DNA from: Podarcis erhardii
Taxonomy: Eukaryota
Reading direction: 5' to 3' (one strand)
NCBI GenBank assembly: GCA_964252035.1
Contig: OZ176210.1
DNA: 64,000 bases
In this document: positions 49,110-62,330 of the stretch, in pieces
Position numbering within the stretch: position 1 is the stretch's first letter
How the letters are laid out: each line of letters begins with the position of its first letter
Position numbers and translations under genes: made by a program
Notes under the pieces: generated by a model
Told to the model about the DNA's origin: nothing
The model's input: only the letters and a program-made list of their open reading frames with translations
The model's database searches: none

Positions 49110-50184
49110 GATATGTAATACTGGAAGCAATAATTCACTCATCTTCTGTATGAGCTATACATGCATTTGACGTTCACACCTCCATGCACAAGAAGACGTG
49201 AAAGTTCTGACTGATGTTATACAGGAAGTACAAAAGGTGGAAATAACAAATCACTTGCACATATCTGCTGCTACCAGGGTGGTTTCTTTTCTCAATCAGA
49301 AACTCTTTCGACTGGCTTAATTTATGTCACTGACTACCAGATGGTCTGGACTAACAGGGGGCTAGACATTGCCATGATACCCTGTTAGGGAAACCCTCTA
49401 TGACATTCTTCCTGGCTACTGTGACTAATAGCACAAACTAGATAGATGGCAAGTTAAATGGGCTGCTTATTGTTGCTGGCATCTGTCTGTCTCGAGAGAC
49501 AATGAAAGAATGTGAGGTCTTCTGATATTCAGGAAGCGAACAGGAAACAAATTTGTTAAATGATCAGAATACAGGTTTGAGCAACAGGTGAGAAACTGTG
49601 AAGAGGAAAGAAGTTCCAGAGCTAGGACCACTATATTTTAGGTGTGCAGTGGCGAGATCATATTGGAACAACAGGGTTAGTAGTGTCTATAAAGGGAAGG
49701 GAACTCTAGGCTCAGATCCTCAGAAGTCTTTTATTAGATTTCGATAATAGCCAGTGGGATTGGCTCCATACCCAAAAAAAAGAAAACATGAAAATGATTA
49801 GCATTTTAGAAAGCCCCGTGATTTCTCTAGGAACAAATCCATGATCAAAGTGGTTATGGTCAGCACTGTGAACTTCCCTTTTTTAAAAAAAAAAACTAAA
49901 ACTAAAACTAAACACATATGGCATGATCCAAAAGAGCAAAGAGCATTTGCACACCCACTTGGGGCTTTCTTGGCACAGCCGCTTTCAGCTCCCAACATCC
50001 AAAACTTCTTTTTCACAGACTTGCTGCAAGTACAGAAAGCAATCTGGTAGTCCAGGAGTGAGAGAAACGAAAGTCAGAATGAAAGTTATAAAGAAAAGCC
50101 CAGAGCCCTTGCACATCTGGCACACATGGATATGGGGATCAGACTCACTATTTCAATTGCCTGTTTTTACTTGCCAAGGTTAAG

Positions 50185-50187
<3 letters not shown>

Positions 50188-50230
<43 letters not shown>
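50188..50230. repeat. (AT)n microsatellite
   Basis: Direct reading. Confidence 0.97.
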
Positions 50231-50233
<3 letters not shown>

Positions 50234-52519
50234 TCCAGGCACTGCAATGTGAAATCAAATTAAGTGAGAGCTTAAATATAATTCCATTAGCGTTAAGTTA
50301 TATTTTGGGTACTTATTAGAAGCATCATCCAGAAATAGCTGGACATGTAGGAGAAAGCACTGGGGCTTTAGCCCACAGTTAAGCATTTGATCCCCACTCA
50401 TATCAGTGTGAGTTAAGAGCATCTAAACATTACGATTGTGTTTACATTAGTAGCAGATACCTTGTAATTTATCCTTACTGGAATTGGTTGTTCAGATTTT
50501 TTAAAAAATAAAAATAAAATCAGGGCTTCATTTTCCTTAACTTAAAAGACATGTTAATTTTAAAACATTCATTTTGCTCCAAAGAAAAGTTTTACTCACA
50601 AACAGTTTCTTGCTGAGACACAAAGAAAAGGCTGTCTGCTTTGTTGACAGCAATGTTTGTTTTTTTTATAATTATTAAGACAGATGCCTTTTCTGGCAAA
50701 GATCCTGTGCTTTGCTGGATGTGAAAACACCAGCGTCTGGTTGGCTTCTCAGAGGCCTCCCCCCCTCCCCACCCCTCCTGATTTCCTAGCTTTGCTGGGA
50801 GTGACATTGCAATGCAAATCTTTACATCAATGGCTCCAGAATGGGGCAACTCCCTGAGTAAAGGGGTAGGATTTGAGCCCTCCACATTAGAGTAAATACA
50901 TAACATGTGGCATAAAAGCAGAAAGGTTAAGTAAATGAGAACATCTCCTGCTCCAAAGCAAGGGGGAAAGGGGCACAGTAAAAGGGTGACGTCGTTCCTT
51001 TTTACTGTACGAACATCTGTTCTACAGACTTCAGGCGCTGCTGCTAGCTAGATGTCTTAGCCTCTGCTAGCTAGATGTCTTAGCTGCATTTTGTCTTTCT
51101 GAGAAGTGAATGCAGTGTTTTCTGTCCTCACCTCTATCCCCACAATTAACAGCCTCTAATGTGGTATAAATGGTTGCGATTATAAACTGACCTTTGCTTT
51201 TAATTCCAAAGGTATTCTTTTCAAAGAGAATTAGTCACTTTTCCAAGGAGTTGTATATGGGTATGAGCAGGGAGTGTAACAATTTAATAACGGGGGCAAT
51301 CCAAGACGCCTGCACAGCTTGTTAAAGTACTGTTTCACGTGCACAAAATGTTGCACTTTCCCTTGACATTGGCTAGCATTAGATGAACCTGATTCTCAAC
51401 AGGTGTAATTATCACAGGCTTAAAATTTGAGGACGCTTCTGTCCATGGAACAAAAGCTTGGACTTAGTTTACTTCTTAAGGTAGTGGACTGGGAGCAGGT
51501 GGGGGTCATGAAGACAATTAAAGCCACATAAGCAATCAAAGCAGGACTGAACCTTCCGCTCATCAATTGGTCATCATGACGGGCATGTGGGTGATCCTGC
51601 CCACATCCCAAACCTAGCCTGCGGGGGTGGGGGAGATAAAGATCTAGCCCACAGCACAAAGTGTTCCCCCACAGCGCACTGCCAACACTAATGGGACAAC
51701 TGTGTTGGGTATGACCCAGTACTGTACTGAGCAGAGCAGGGGTTGCATGAGAAAAGAGAAAACAGCCACACCCCTATTCAAGGCACTTAGAAGTTACAGC
51801 CAGCCCTGGTTCAATGGAACCATCAAACAGTGTTTGTGCTCACAGCAATAAGGAAGAATCGCAGGTTTTTCCTCAAAACTCCAAAGAAAGTAATGGTTCA
51901 GTCAAGCTTGTTAATCTGCTATCTAACCCTTGGAAACCTTTGGGTGGCTGATCAAATGTTTTTCGAAGAGGTGGCAGATCACAAAGCCGAGGTTCAAGCT
52001 TATATCAACATTTCCTTCGTTTCCACAATGAAATATCTATAGACAATGTTACTTCAGGAATTATTTCAGCTGAGCTCCTTTGCTTGGTGTGTAAAGCCTC
52101 CATTAAGAGCTGCTTTGATGCATGGTTGGTGGTGCCCACGACAGGGCGGTTCTCCCTTTGTATAATGCCTTCATCTCCTTCATTCATGACTTGCAGGAAA
52201 AATTTAAAAGCATTCCGGTGTTACCCAGGCATTTGATGGCTGAAACACACTGTTTCTGGCAACCTTGAGATCACTAGTTTAGAATGTTTTTAACTGGTGT
52301 GTTTTTTTAATAATGTTTTTAGTTTCTGAGTTTTTAATGTTTTATCATTACTGTGTCTGCAATCCTGGAGGAAGGGTCAGACAGAAATTGAACAAATAAA
52401 GGAACAATAAACCACAAGAAAGTGAATCCAGTAGATTGGCAGGTTATATCATGTCTCCTTTTTTTCCCTTAAAAAAAAACTGTGATAGTTATACATTCTT
52501 AACCATTAAATAAACTTAC

Positions 52520-52813
52520 GTAGAAAGCAGTAGGCATCAAATCTGCTGTCTGGGGGAGGGAAGTATGTTTGATTCTCATAGCGATACAAGGTTCGCACTC
52601 CAAGCAAACCTCCGCCACACTGGATCCTTGCCACAGAAACAGGATAGCGCACACTGCCATCAGCCAACCAGCCATAGTCGCATTGGTCAAAGCCATTTCT
52701 CCAAGCAGCATGTAGATCACCAACAGAAGCGAGAACTGCACCGTTTGCCTCACACCGCTCTTTAGCTTCTTCAAAGGTTAGCTTGTTGGGAGAAGTGATA
52801 TGGAAGACATCGC
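52520..52813 (-). CDS. VCAN: VCAN exon 6 (294 nt), Link module 2
   Basis: Acceptor ttcttgtag|GC, donor C|gtaagt. Encodes [21 protein letters not shown]...[33 protein letters not shown]. Confidence 0.98.
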
Positions 52814-53015
52814 CTACAAGAAGAGAAACAAAGGACACCTTTACTTCTTTGCATGGGCGGCTGTGTCACATTCCTAAAATGGTTTTTAAATGGGGAAAAA
52901 ACCCATTTACTTCCAGGATTATTGTAATAATGAATTAATTATGTATATTTTTCCTTACTGGTCACACAGATATAATTAGTTGGTTTGATGTATAATGCCA
53001 CGAGCAGTGTGTGCA

Positions 53016-53043
<28 letters not shown>
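53016..53043. repeat. (TG)n microsatellite about 200 nt upstream of the exon 6 acceptor
   Basis: Direct reading. Confidence 0.96.
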
Positions 53044-53046
<3 letters not shown>

Positions 53047-56000
53047 TCATGCATAATACTATATATGGTAAATAAAAAATGTGACATTGACATTGAATTG
53101 GAAGCATGAATCTGCTGTGATAAAATGCATTATGAGGATTTTCCTGCCCATATCTCCCAATGTGTCTCTCCCCATTAAAAAAGTATCCTATTCACTTAAA
53201 TAAAATGTTCTCTTTGTCCATTCTTCCCAGCTGTCTCTTCTACCTTGGATCTCATTCCCTGAAGATTCAGGTCCTGTCCTTTCTTTCTTTCTCTCTCCCT
53301 CCGCCAGATCCCTCCTCAAGTCACACGTTTTCCTGTAACATTTGGCTTAACTTCTTAGTACTCAGCTCAACTATAACTATAACATCAATCGTAGCCAACC
53401 TAAGTACCTGTAACTTCAGCCAGCCATTTACTCTTGTCCTTCCCTCCCAAACCCCATTCGTTTTGACTCTCTCATTGTCAACATTTAGATTTAAGTTTCT
53501 TGCAAGCAGTAACCTCCCTCTCTCTTCTTAAGAAACTTTGCAAAGTACTATATACCTTGATGGTACTGTACATATCATTGGTAGAACTGAATGTTATCAT
53601 AACAATAAACACACGCAATAACATTCCATCATAGCATGACCAATGAACAGAACCTAAAAAGGGGGCATAGGGACTGGGATCACTGCAGATCACAAGAGGC
53701 AGAAAGTATGTTGAACTCCCACTGCCATCCTATCAGGGCCCAAATAATTTCTCCAGTATAGGTAAATTTCTGCTATTCAGAACATACTTCACTTGGGGTA
53801 CACTGCTTCCTTATAAGCAACAGAACAAGTCAACCTCTAGCCTTGACGGTGGGTAGATCAGACATCTCTGAGAGAGAGAAGTGGGGGGCATGCTCCTGGG
53901 CTCCTTGCAATGTACAAAGAAGCCTTCTGTCTTCATATACCCTGCTCTGTCCATCATGATAATAGGCATCTTACTAACAGGAGAGAATAACAATTGCCAA
54001 AGATTACTATAGAAGCAGGGAAAGTGCTGGCTCCATATTTATGCACATGAAGCCAGAGATCCTGGGCTTTTGTCCCAAGGCACTTGACTAATTAAGGTAC
54101 ACACTTAATGCCTCTGATAACAGGACACTATTTACTCAAGAGGACCACATCACAGCTGCAAGTTAAAACAAAAAATGAAAAATGAAAACCAACGCCAAGA
54201 AAACCAACACTATATTTGCATGGCCATTCCATTAAGTATTTTGTACAGATTCATGCTAATATGAACACCAAATGTTTGATTAGGTTAATGTGTCCAGATG
54301 TTGGCATCCAAACCAAGCAATTACACAATAACGTCTCCAAACTTCTAGCTTAGAAAACAGCTTCCAAGCCAATTCCAGTTAGTGTGTTGCCACAAAGAGG
54401 CAATAAGGTCTTCAAAATAAGCCATCTGCTTTGCAAGGAAACTACAAATCCATTTGTCAATATTAATCTAATCTGCATCTCAAGTGGTGTACACAGCCAT
54501 TGCAACATGTTAACAAAATGAGCATTCAATGAGAACTAAACAATGATTGTTTGAGGCTAAAAATGTTGAAACAACACTATTTAATTCTGCCAAATTGCAG
54601 TGGAATATATATGTTTTGTTCTGTTACTTTGGAGGATACATATGAATGTGCTTTCCAAGCCAATTTAACAGGTAATAAAAATCCTCTGGTCTCATTTCGG
54701 CTAGCAGTGGAATTGATGTCTGGTTTGGGAGATTCTTCATGTTTTATGAAATAATGATTTCACTACTGTTTCAGAGAGCATACTCCAAAGACTGTAAGGG
54801 AAGTCCAAAGTTGCAAACCTAAGTGCAATTATTTAGGGGGGTGGGGATCATTGAAATCAATTGCATCTTCTGAGAAAATATGTTTGGGTTCAGGGAGTGA
54901 GTCCTACTGAAATTGCTAGGATACATTTGAATACGGGCTTAGGTTAAAGTGCTGCTTGGAACAGTAGAGGCCAGCAGGGTGGGGCTGTATTTCTTTCCTG
55001 ACTTCCCAACGCAGCACATTGCTGTTGGTTATCAAAAGACAATGGGAGAGGCAAGGCAGCAGGGAGCTCAGAATGGTGTGGACACAGTATCAGAAGCATT
55101 GGATTGGTTTTCCGCTGCCGTGCCTGTCCACCTATCAGCAACCAGCAGTGACGTATGGCCAAGAGAGCCCCACCCACACTAGACCACCAGTTGCTTTAGG
55201 CTCAGCAGCTACATGCAGCTGCATGCCAATCCTTACAGTCACTTCACTGGACTATATCACCACTTCAGACAAGATGCCAGGATCACAGAGTTAAATTCCC
55301 TGCATATTTGATGTCTGACAGGCTAGGGCTTTTTTATGAGCAGGCTGTTCTTTCATGTTCTGACCATGTACTATATCATAACCTCCACTATGAAGCAGCC
55401 CAAAACCAGGATGCCATTTTCCGGCGCTGAGGTCCCCCATGAGTCAAGTGACCCACATGAGATCTCAGCCTCCCAAAAAGTGCTTTCTTCAGGCACAGCA
55501 CCAAAAAAATGCATGTTTTAGGGCAATGTGTAAGATAGCTGCCCCCTCCCCACAAAGCACTTTTCCAGGGCAAGAGTGCGGCCTGAAATCACACGAGATC
55601 ACAGAGGCCATTTTGGCCACTGTCCTCTTGTGAGAAAAACAGAATGTTCTGGGGGGTTTTCAGGACAGCTTGATGGGTATGCTATATGACTGGAAATCTC
55701 TCCTTTACCATGGGAAATGGTGCAGTCCAGAAACAAGCTTGCAATCTCATACACTGTGTCTTATGATCACACACACACACACCTGCAATCTTCAATTGTG
55801 TAACCCACAGAGATTATAAAATCTGTCTTGTTTCTATATGCTGCATCCCAGGCCACAAGTCTCAGAACCACTAAACTTTTAATCCTGACTTCCACAGGCG
55901 TAGCCAAGCTAGGGTGCTGTTTATCCACAGCTTCCCATTCCACAGCGTCAAGGGGAAAGATTATCTGGACCTTCTAAGCAACTTCCCTCAACAAGATTAT

Positions 56001-56625
56001 GACTGTTAGTGAACTCAGTAAAAGTATTAAAAGTATAATCTCCAAAACCAGCTCTTATTCTCACCATGGCAGTGTTGCAGTCAACTTTTAAGTGTGGGGA
56101 TTAGTTCTATCATACACTTTGAGGTGCTGAATTATGTATCTGCCTGAGCCAAGGTTTCCCAAACAAAAACAGCATAAATGTATCTCTCCCACATGTTCCA
56201 GAAATACACAGAGAAAATCCATCTGGCAGGCTTGCGAGTGACGTAGCTCTGAGCATTAGAGCAATGAAGAAATACTTAGAAAGAAGTGGAGGAAGGGAGA
56301 GTCAAGAGTTAAAAGTGGTCTGTAATGTTTTGATAGCTGGAATCCACACAGAGTAACTCAGCAAAATGATCCAGGCAAACACCAGGGCCAGGAGCAAGAG
56401 AGCTAGCTGTGCCCTGCAATAACAGGGGTGACATGGAAACCATGACAATCTTTGGATTGCAGACAGCAATGTGATTTCTGTTAGTTTTGGCCCCCTGTTT
56501 TAGGCTGATTGCCTCTGCCCCAGAGTCTAAGAATCTCCAGATTTCCCCTGTTGTGTGTATTTGCATTGCTCAGTTTAAAAAGCACCTGACTAAGCTGCTT
56601 TTTATTGCTGTTAAATGCAGCAAGA

Positions 56626-56770
56626 NNNNNNNNNNNNNNNNNNNNNNNNNNNNNNNNNNNNNNNNNNNNNNNNNNNNNNNNNNNNNNNNNNNNNNNNNNN
56701 NNNNNNNNNNNNNNNNNNNNNNNNNNNNNNNNNNNNNNNNNNNNNNNNNNNNNNNNNNNNNNNNNNNNNN
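56626..56770. other. Assembly gap (145 N) in VCAN intron 5
   Basis: Run of N. Exon 5 and exon 6 join in frame, so no constitutive exon need be hidden in it. Confidence 0.99.
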
Positions 56771-57055
56771 AAATGCTTGAACTCCAAAGAGATTACCCTC
56801 TAGTATTCTATCCTCTGAGACTCAGTTCATATGTTTTGTTGCACCTGAAATTTAATCAGGAAAGACTATTGTTGCACACCTGCAATGGGGTTTTGCCATT
56901 GGTCAGTGGCAGTTTGAATTATATTCAACCAGGGTCATTGGTATGTAGACCATCTGTGAATTGGTTTAATCATGAGATTACTGTATTTAGGATCTTTCAG
57001 ATAGAGTATCAATCCCCTAGCTGTACCAGGCATTGTGCTTCAGTGCACCTACCAC

Positions 57056-57089
<34 letters not shown>

Positions 57090-57135
57090 CCCTGCCTTTT
57101 TCCCTCACAGGACTCGAGGCAGTTTACACATAAAA
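57056..57135 (-). mobile_element. L2-type 3-prime tail with (AAC)n
   Basis: (TTG)n at 57056-57089 followed by ttccctgcctttttcc...ctcgaggcagtttacac. Confidence 0.45.
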
Positions 57136-57163
57136 TTGAGAACCACTAAAAACATAGAAAATA

Positions 57164-57525
57164 GGGACGTGGGTGGCGCTGTGATGTAAACCACTGAGCC
57201 TTGGGCTTGCTGATCGGAATGTTGGCGGTTCAAATCCCCGTGACGGGGTGAGCTCCCGTTGCTCAGTTCCAGCTCCTGCCAACCTAGCAGTTCGAAAGCA
57301 CACCAGTGTGAATAGATAAATAGGTACCACTCTGGTGGGAAGGTAAACAGTGTTTCCGTGCACTTCTGTGGTTCGCCAGAAGCGTCTTAGTCATGCTGAC
57401 CACAGGACCCAGAAAAACTGTCTGCGGACAAACATTGGCTCCCTCAGCCAGTAAAGCGAGATGAGCGCCGCAACCCCAGAGTCGTTTGTGACTAGACTTA
57501 GCTGTCAGGAGTCCTTTACTTTTTT
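57164..57525 (+). mobile_element. Sauria SINE, full length
   Basis: 14-bp TSD AAAAACATAGAAAA at 57148-57161 and 57527-57540; Sauria head and core. Confidence 0.92.
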
Positions 57526-58264
57526 AAAAAACATAGAAAAGGCTTATCCATATAGGGACTCTGCCAATCTCTCTGTTGATCACAAGCAAATCCAAATGAC
57601 AGGCCAAACTGTTCAAATCTTTTCATTGTACCCTGCCTTTGGAATCTGACAACGTTGAAAATCAGCCTACAAATGACCTGAATTCATTTGTTTTGGGAAT
57701 CAATAGGCATACACTGGTTGTTTTTAATTGTTGTTTGATTCCATAAAACTGTGTCAAATTCATTTTTGTTAGTTTGTAACAGTTACTTTTTTTAACCCTT
57801 TTTTTCATCCTGTCTTTAATATGAATGGTTTCGTCATGATGCTGCATGTCTGGCAGAGCAGTAATGGTGCAAAAGAAAAAATGCCCTTCTGCTGACTCCT
57901 GTGGGGCTCATCTGCACGCTTCTCTGCGCACACATTGCACTTGATGTCAACTTTGAATGGTTTCTTATATTCCTGAGTAGGCTCCCTGAAGCCAACTACA
58001 CAGCAACAATGCACACAGCTTAAAGTTTGCCAGTTATGATCCTTGTCCTAGCTGTTTATTGGGAAGTAAAATCTCAGTGGGGTTTGCTTCCAGGTAAGTA
58101 CAGTCAGCACAGCTGCCAAACTCACATTCGCTTTGCGGCCCTTGTTTTCTCCAGAACTGAGGTCTGCAATTATTGTTCTTACCAATAGAGTATTTTGCAA
58201 CTGCAGTCTGAAGTCAACAAGTTTCCCTTGCTGAGTGGTGGGATGTGAATACTCACTAACGTAC

Positions 58265-58265
<1 letters not shown>

Positions 58266-58323
<58 letters not shown>

Positions 58324-58326
58324 TGT
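58266..58326. repeat. Compound (CT)n(GT)n microsatellite
   Basis: Direct reading. Confidence 0.96.
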
Positions 58327-60044
58327 AAAAATCTGCAAGAAACATCTGGATTTATATTGCTTTACTTGACTAAAAGGCATAAAGGTGGATCATGGGGAAA
58401 TATACGTTAGATTTCCCTTTACACTTCCATAAAATAAGTTTCCTACCACTCCCTTGATTACTTATTATATGGGCATAGTTTAATAGGATTTGAGGCAGGA
58501 GATTTTACATTCCATAGCTGTGTTTTGGATTGGCATCATCAGTGAGACATGGAAAATGGGCTTTTTTACAAGTCAAATTTTCCATTGGTTCCAGCCAGAT
58601 ATCAATACCATGTTTATCTAGGTGGTCAAACTAAATAAACATTCCTGAACTATTTGTTTACAAGTTGCCGAGAGTGGCTGGGGAAACTTAGTCAGATGGG
58701 TGGGGTACAAATTAAAAATTATTGTTGTTATTATCATTATTATTCAAAAGCTCTACTTAGGCATTATTATGTCAATATGTTCTTTAAGCAGGCATATCAA
58801 CAAAAACACCTCTGACAGACCACTCAGGTGCCCTTTCTGACCCCGTATTTGTTAATTAAGGAATTAATTAGTTTGTAATAATCACATTAAAGAGGAAACA
58901 TGCAAACAGGGATCACTTGCACCCAGTTTCACAATTAGCTGTGCAGAAAATATTTCTCTTTCTAATCACGCAGCATTCAAAGCAAAACAATTTGCCTTTA
59001 AGTCAAATTCATAAGGTTTTACCTGGCATTACGAACAATTATATTTGTGCATTTGAATGATTTTTACACTGCCCCTTCAGCAAAACTATTCAGGGCATTG
59101 CAAAATAAATAAAAGGCCAGTATGAAATATGAAATCACATATAAATGACTGCCAGAGTAGATTAGTATTGGGAAAATTCATGCAAAATGTATCTTTTCTT
59201 GAACAAAAACTCAGCTCCTACATCTATGAATGCGGAGGTGATTTTTGAAAGCCCAAAGTCACAATACCATGCATCTTTGTTGGGAATAAACACTACTGAA
59301 TTCACAAGGAGCTAAAATCATGTGTGCTTACATATATCTCACCCTGATGAATCTAATTAGTATGGTAAATTCACAACATATTTCCACATGCTCTCCACCC
59401 TGCTAATAATCCCATCTGGTGTAACACTTTGGCCCTGGCATTTCACTGTATAATAATGTCCTTCAATCAGTTATTCTTCAGTTATCTGCATGTGCTCTCA
59501 CTTAGTGATTAGTCCAACAATGGCAATGAAATCGCTTATTGATTCAGATACTAGTAAACAATCGCGGTGACTCGGGTACGTGATGTTAAGAATCTAGTGG
59601 CATAATAACAAGTGCCAATGGCTGTCTTCACCAAGGTTTTCCCTACCTTGCAAAATCAGTCCAAAATTAAAATGCCTCCACCATGAGGTTCCACAGGACC
59701 CTTTTTGTCCCTGGAGTTTTTTTAACACCTACATGTGAAGCTGTTAGGAGCAGTCGTTACTTTGGGGGCATGGTGTCATTGCTACTTTGATAGACAAGCA
59801 GCTCTATTTTTCCATAATATATGAATCTGGAGATACTGTGCAAGCCTGGACTAGCCCATGAATGTACTTATGGAGTGAACTAGGACCAGTGAATGCATCT
59901 TGAATACTGGCAAGAAGGAAGCTCCGTAAGTGCTTCCTGTGTCCAGAAAGCAGGTCGCTTGTCTGTTCTGGTTAGGGTTGCCCTCCCTCTGAAGAAACAC
60001 CTTTTTCATAAGAGGCCCAAATGACCTCTGTGACCAGCAGTGTC

Positions 60045-60286
60045 ATTTGCCAGTTTCATCTGGTATGCCAGCTACAGCCATAATCAATCCATGAAATGGG
60101 AACCTTGAGATTGGATTACTGCAATATGCTCTATGTGGAGCTGCCCTTGGGCCTGGTCCAAAAGCTCCAGCTAGCACAGATTGCAGCAACTAAATTGCTG
60201 AGGGGGGGGCAGGGGCAGATGGTCAGTTCTTCTTAAACATCTGCACTGGCTGCCCACAGACTACTGGACCCAGTTCAAGGCACTGG
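60045..60286 (+). mobile_element. L2 LINE ORF2 fragment, degraded
   Basis: Reads RLDYCNMLYVELPLGLVQKLQLAQIAATKLL...LKHLHWLP. Confidence 0.8.
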
Positions 60287-60499
60287 AATCTTTTTCTTTT
60301 TGAGGATAAAATGAATACTGAGCTGCCATTGAAAGCTTAGGTCCATGTAAGGTTCCCTACCTGATGTTTGGTTTCCGAAAAACCGCATGTGCTTTAAATA
60401 AGCCCTCCCCATCCTGATTCCTCCAGATGCTCTGGGCTAAAGCTCCCAAAGGCTCTGACCATCGGCTATGCTGACTTGGGCTGATGTAAGTGAAATATA

Positions 60500-60914
60500 C
60501 AGTGGTGCGCCGCAAGACGAATGCCTCGCAAGACGGAAAACCCGCTAGACGAAAGGGTTTTCCGTTTTGGAGGTGCTTCGCAAAACGAATTTCCTATGGG
60601 CTTGCTTCGCAAGACGAAAATGTCTTGCGAGTTCCAGCGGGGTTTTTTTCCTTTCCCCCCCTTTTTCTAAGCCGCTAAGCCGCTTATCAGCTGATCCGCT
60701 AAGCCGCTTATCAGCTATTCCGCTAAGCTGCTTATCAGCTGATCCACTAAGCCACTTAACAGCTGATCCGCTAAGCCGCTTATCAGCTGATCCGCTAAGC
60801 TGCTAATAGCGCTAAGCCGCTAAGCCGCTAATGGGCTTGCTTCGCAAGACGAAAAAAACCAAAAGACGAAGAGACTCACGGAACGGATTCTTTTCATCTT
60901 GCGAGGCACCACTG
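60500..60914. mobile_element. Tigger/pogo-like MITE with internal 24-bp minisatellite
   Basis: TIRs CAGTGGTGCGCCGCAAGA / TCTTGCGAGGCACCACTG; TA at 60498-60499 and 60915-60916; repeated CGCAAGACGAA subterminal motifs. Confidence 0.9.
60679..60798 (+). repeat. 24-bp minisatellite x5 (GCCGCTTATCAGCTGATCCGCTAA)
   Basis: Five adjacent near-identical units, flanked by GCCGCTAA octamers. Confidence 0.95.
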
Positions 60915-61258
60915 TACTCGGAATCGAGAGTGGATTTCATGCTCTTTATTCAGCTCATAGTGGTGAGGAGGAATGGAAATTCCCCCAGAATGTCTGCTTT
61001 ATATACATTATTTACAAAATGGGCCCCATGTGATTGGCTAATTCCGGGATTCTCCTGTAGGCCAACCAGGTTGCGGATTCACTTCCACCTGGAGCTGGAT
61101 TGGGTGGCTCCTGTGGACCAATCAGACTGCTGCATTTTGGATCCTATTCAACTCAGTACATAACACCAAGTTACAGTCCAAACCTTTTGGAGGGCATCAG
61201 GATGGGGAAGCCTGCTTTACAGTTTAGCCAGCACGCGTTAAAAAAAGATTCCGCTTAC

Positions 61259-61386
61259 CATTTAAGGCTCCCACATAGCAATAGACATCATAGGTTTCAT
61301 TAGGAAGACGATATCCATAGGTTCTGACTCCTTCCTTCCCCATCATGTCTCCATAGCATCCAACTCTTGGTTGCCTGATGGGATAC
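61259..61386 (-). CDS. VCAN: VCAN exon 5 (128 nt), Link module 1 C-terminal part
   Basis: Acceptor gttgcag|G, donor G|gtaagc. Encodes [42 protein letters not shown]. Intron to exon 4 is only 107 nt. Confidence 0.97.
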
Positions 61387-61493
61387 CTGCAACAGAGTAA
61401 GTGGAAGTTTGTGACGGTCACGTTTCATTTGCCCCCGCAGATGTACAAAAACGTTTTAGGGTGCGCAGTCAAGAAGCAACTTGGTCCTCTCAC

Positions 61494-61668
61494 CTAACGG
61501 TCTGATCGGACAACCAGCCTGCATCACACTGCTCAAAGCCATCTTCATAGGCTGCTTTCAGCTGATCAGGGCTTGCTATAACAGCACCATTCTCCACACA
61601 AGCCTCCTGAGCCTGCTTGAAATTCAAGGTGTACCTGCTAGTAGCTGCTCGGTAGTGAAACACAACAC
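61494..61668 (-). CDS. VCAN: VCAN exon 4 (175 nt), Link module 1 N-terminal part
   Basis: Not in the ORF track; read manually. Acceptor ctttgcag|GT at 61669, donor AG|gtgag at 61493. Encodes [59 protein letters not shown]. Same length as recalled human exon 4. Confidence 0.97.
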
Positions 61669-62248
61669 CTGCAAAGAGAGTAAATCCATGCTGGTCACTT
61701 GCGTGTCATCAACGTCTATTATTATTATTATTAATATTAATATTATCATCATATTGCTGATGAAATTATACTAGCCTCATTAAGCAGTAAGCTTAGAAAT
61801 AACATGGAAGAAGGATTTTAAAACTTCAGTTTTTATTCTACATCACCATGATTGTGGAACTGAAAACTAAATTTGGTTGACCTATCTTTTGCTCACTGTA
61901 CTAATCTGTAAGATATGGGTTCCATTAAGTACTTTAGTTAAGTACTGTATTTCTGAATTTCTGTTATGGCCTACAGCCAATGTGGAAATAAAACTGAATT
62001 GGAATTCTACCCTACTGAAATTTCCTGAAATAAAATAGACTGTCAATTTTCTATCCTCCACTCTGCAGCCCAAAAGGAATAGACAATAGGGCTGAATATA
62101 TTCTCTCAGTGCTTGGGTTCAAAGCTTTCAGGCTCTTCTTAGATTATGTATGGGACTTTAGAGGTGTAGGAGTCTCATAGCCACCCCTGGAGTCCCCATC
62201 AAGCTGAGATTCAGTGAAGACAAGTCTTAGCTAGAGGACATATTCTTC

Positions 62249-62330
62249 CATAGCTGTCAACGTTTCCCCTTTTTTAAGGGAAATTCCCTTATTCTGAATA
62301 GGATTCCTCGCAAGAAAAGGGAAAAGTTAT
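62249..62330. mobile_element. Small non-autonomous DNA element, right TIR truncated
   Basis: catagctgtcaacgtttcccctttt...aaaagggaaaagtt is self-complementary at the ends, but the expected closing gacagctatg is missing. Confidence 0.45.

Larger units (their letters stand above)
36..61668 (-). other. VCAN: Versican gene body, partial (exons 4-12 by human numbering; 8441 coding nt in window)
   Basis: Nine exons with AG/GT boundaries splice in frame into Link-Link / Ser-Thr-Glu-rich GAG-alpha / GAG-beta / EGF-EGF / C-type lectin, the lectican layout. Two giant GAG exons plus NGKQQVTTAPK and [26 protein letters not shown] identify versican rather than aggrecan, neurocan or brevican. Confidence 0.98.

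Noticed and set aside
51041-51084. 23-bp tandem duplication CTGCTAGCTAGATGTCTTAGC x2
   Set aside because: Ordinary local slippage duplication with no functional signal.
52506-52519. Read-through of the exon 6 donor (RKFI-stop)
   Set aside because: Stops after 4 codons with no nearby poly(A) signal; no evidence for an extended exon 6.
56487-57189. ORFs spanning the N run
   Set aside because: Artefacts of the assembly gap.
60679-60798. Direct repeat array superficially like CRISPR
   Set aside because: No unique spacers, eukaryotic context, and it lies inside a MITE.
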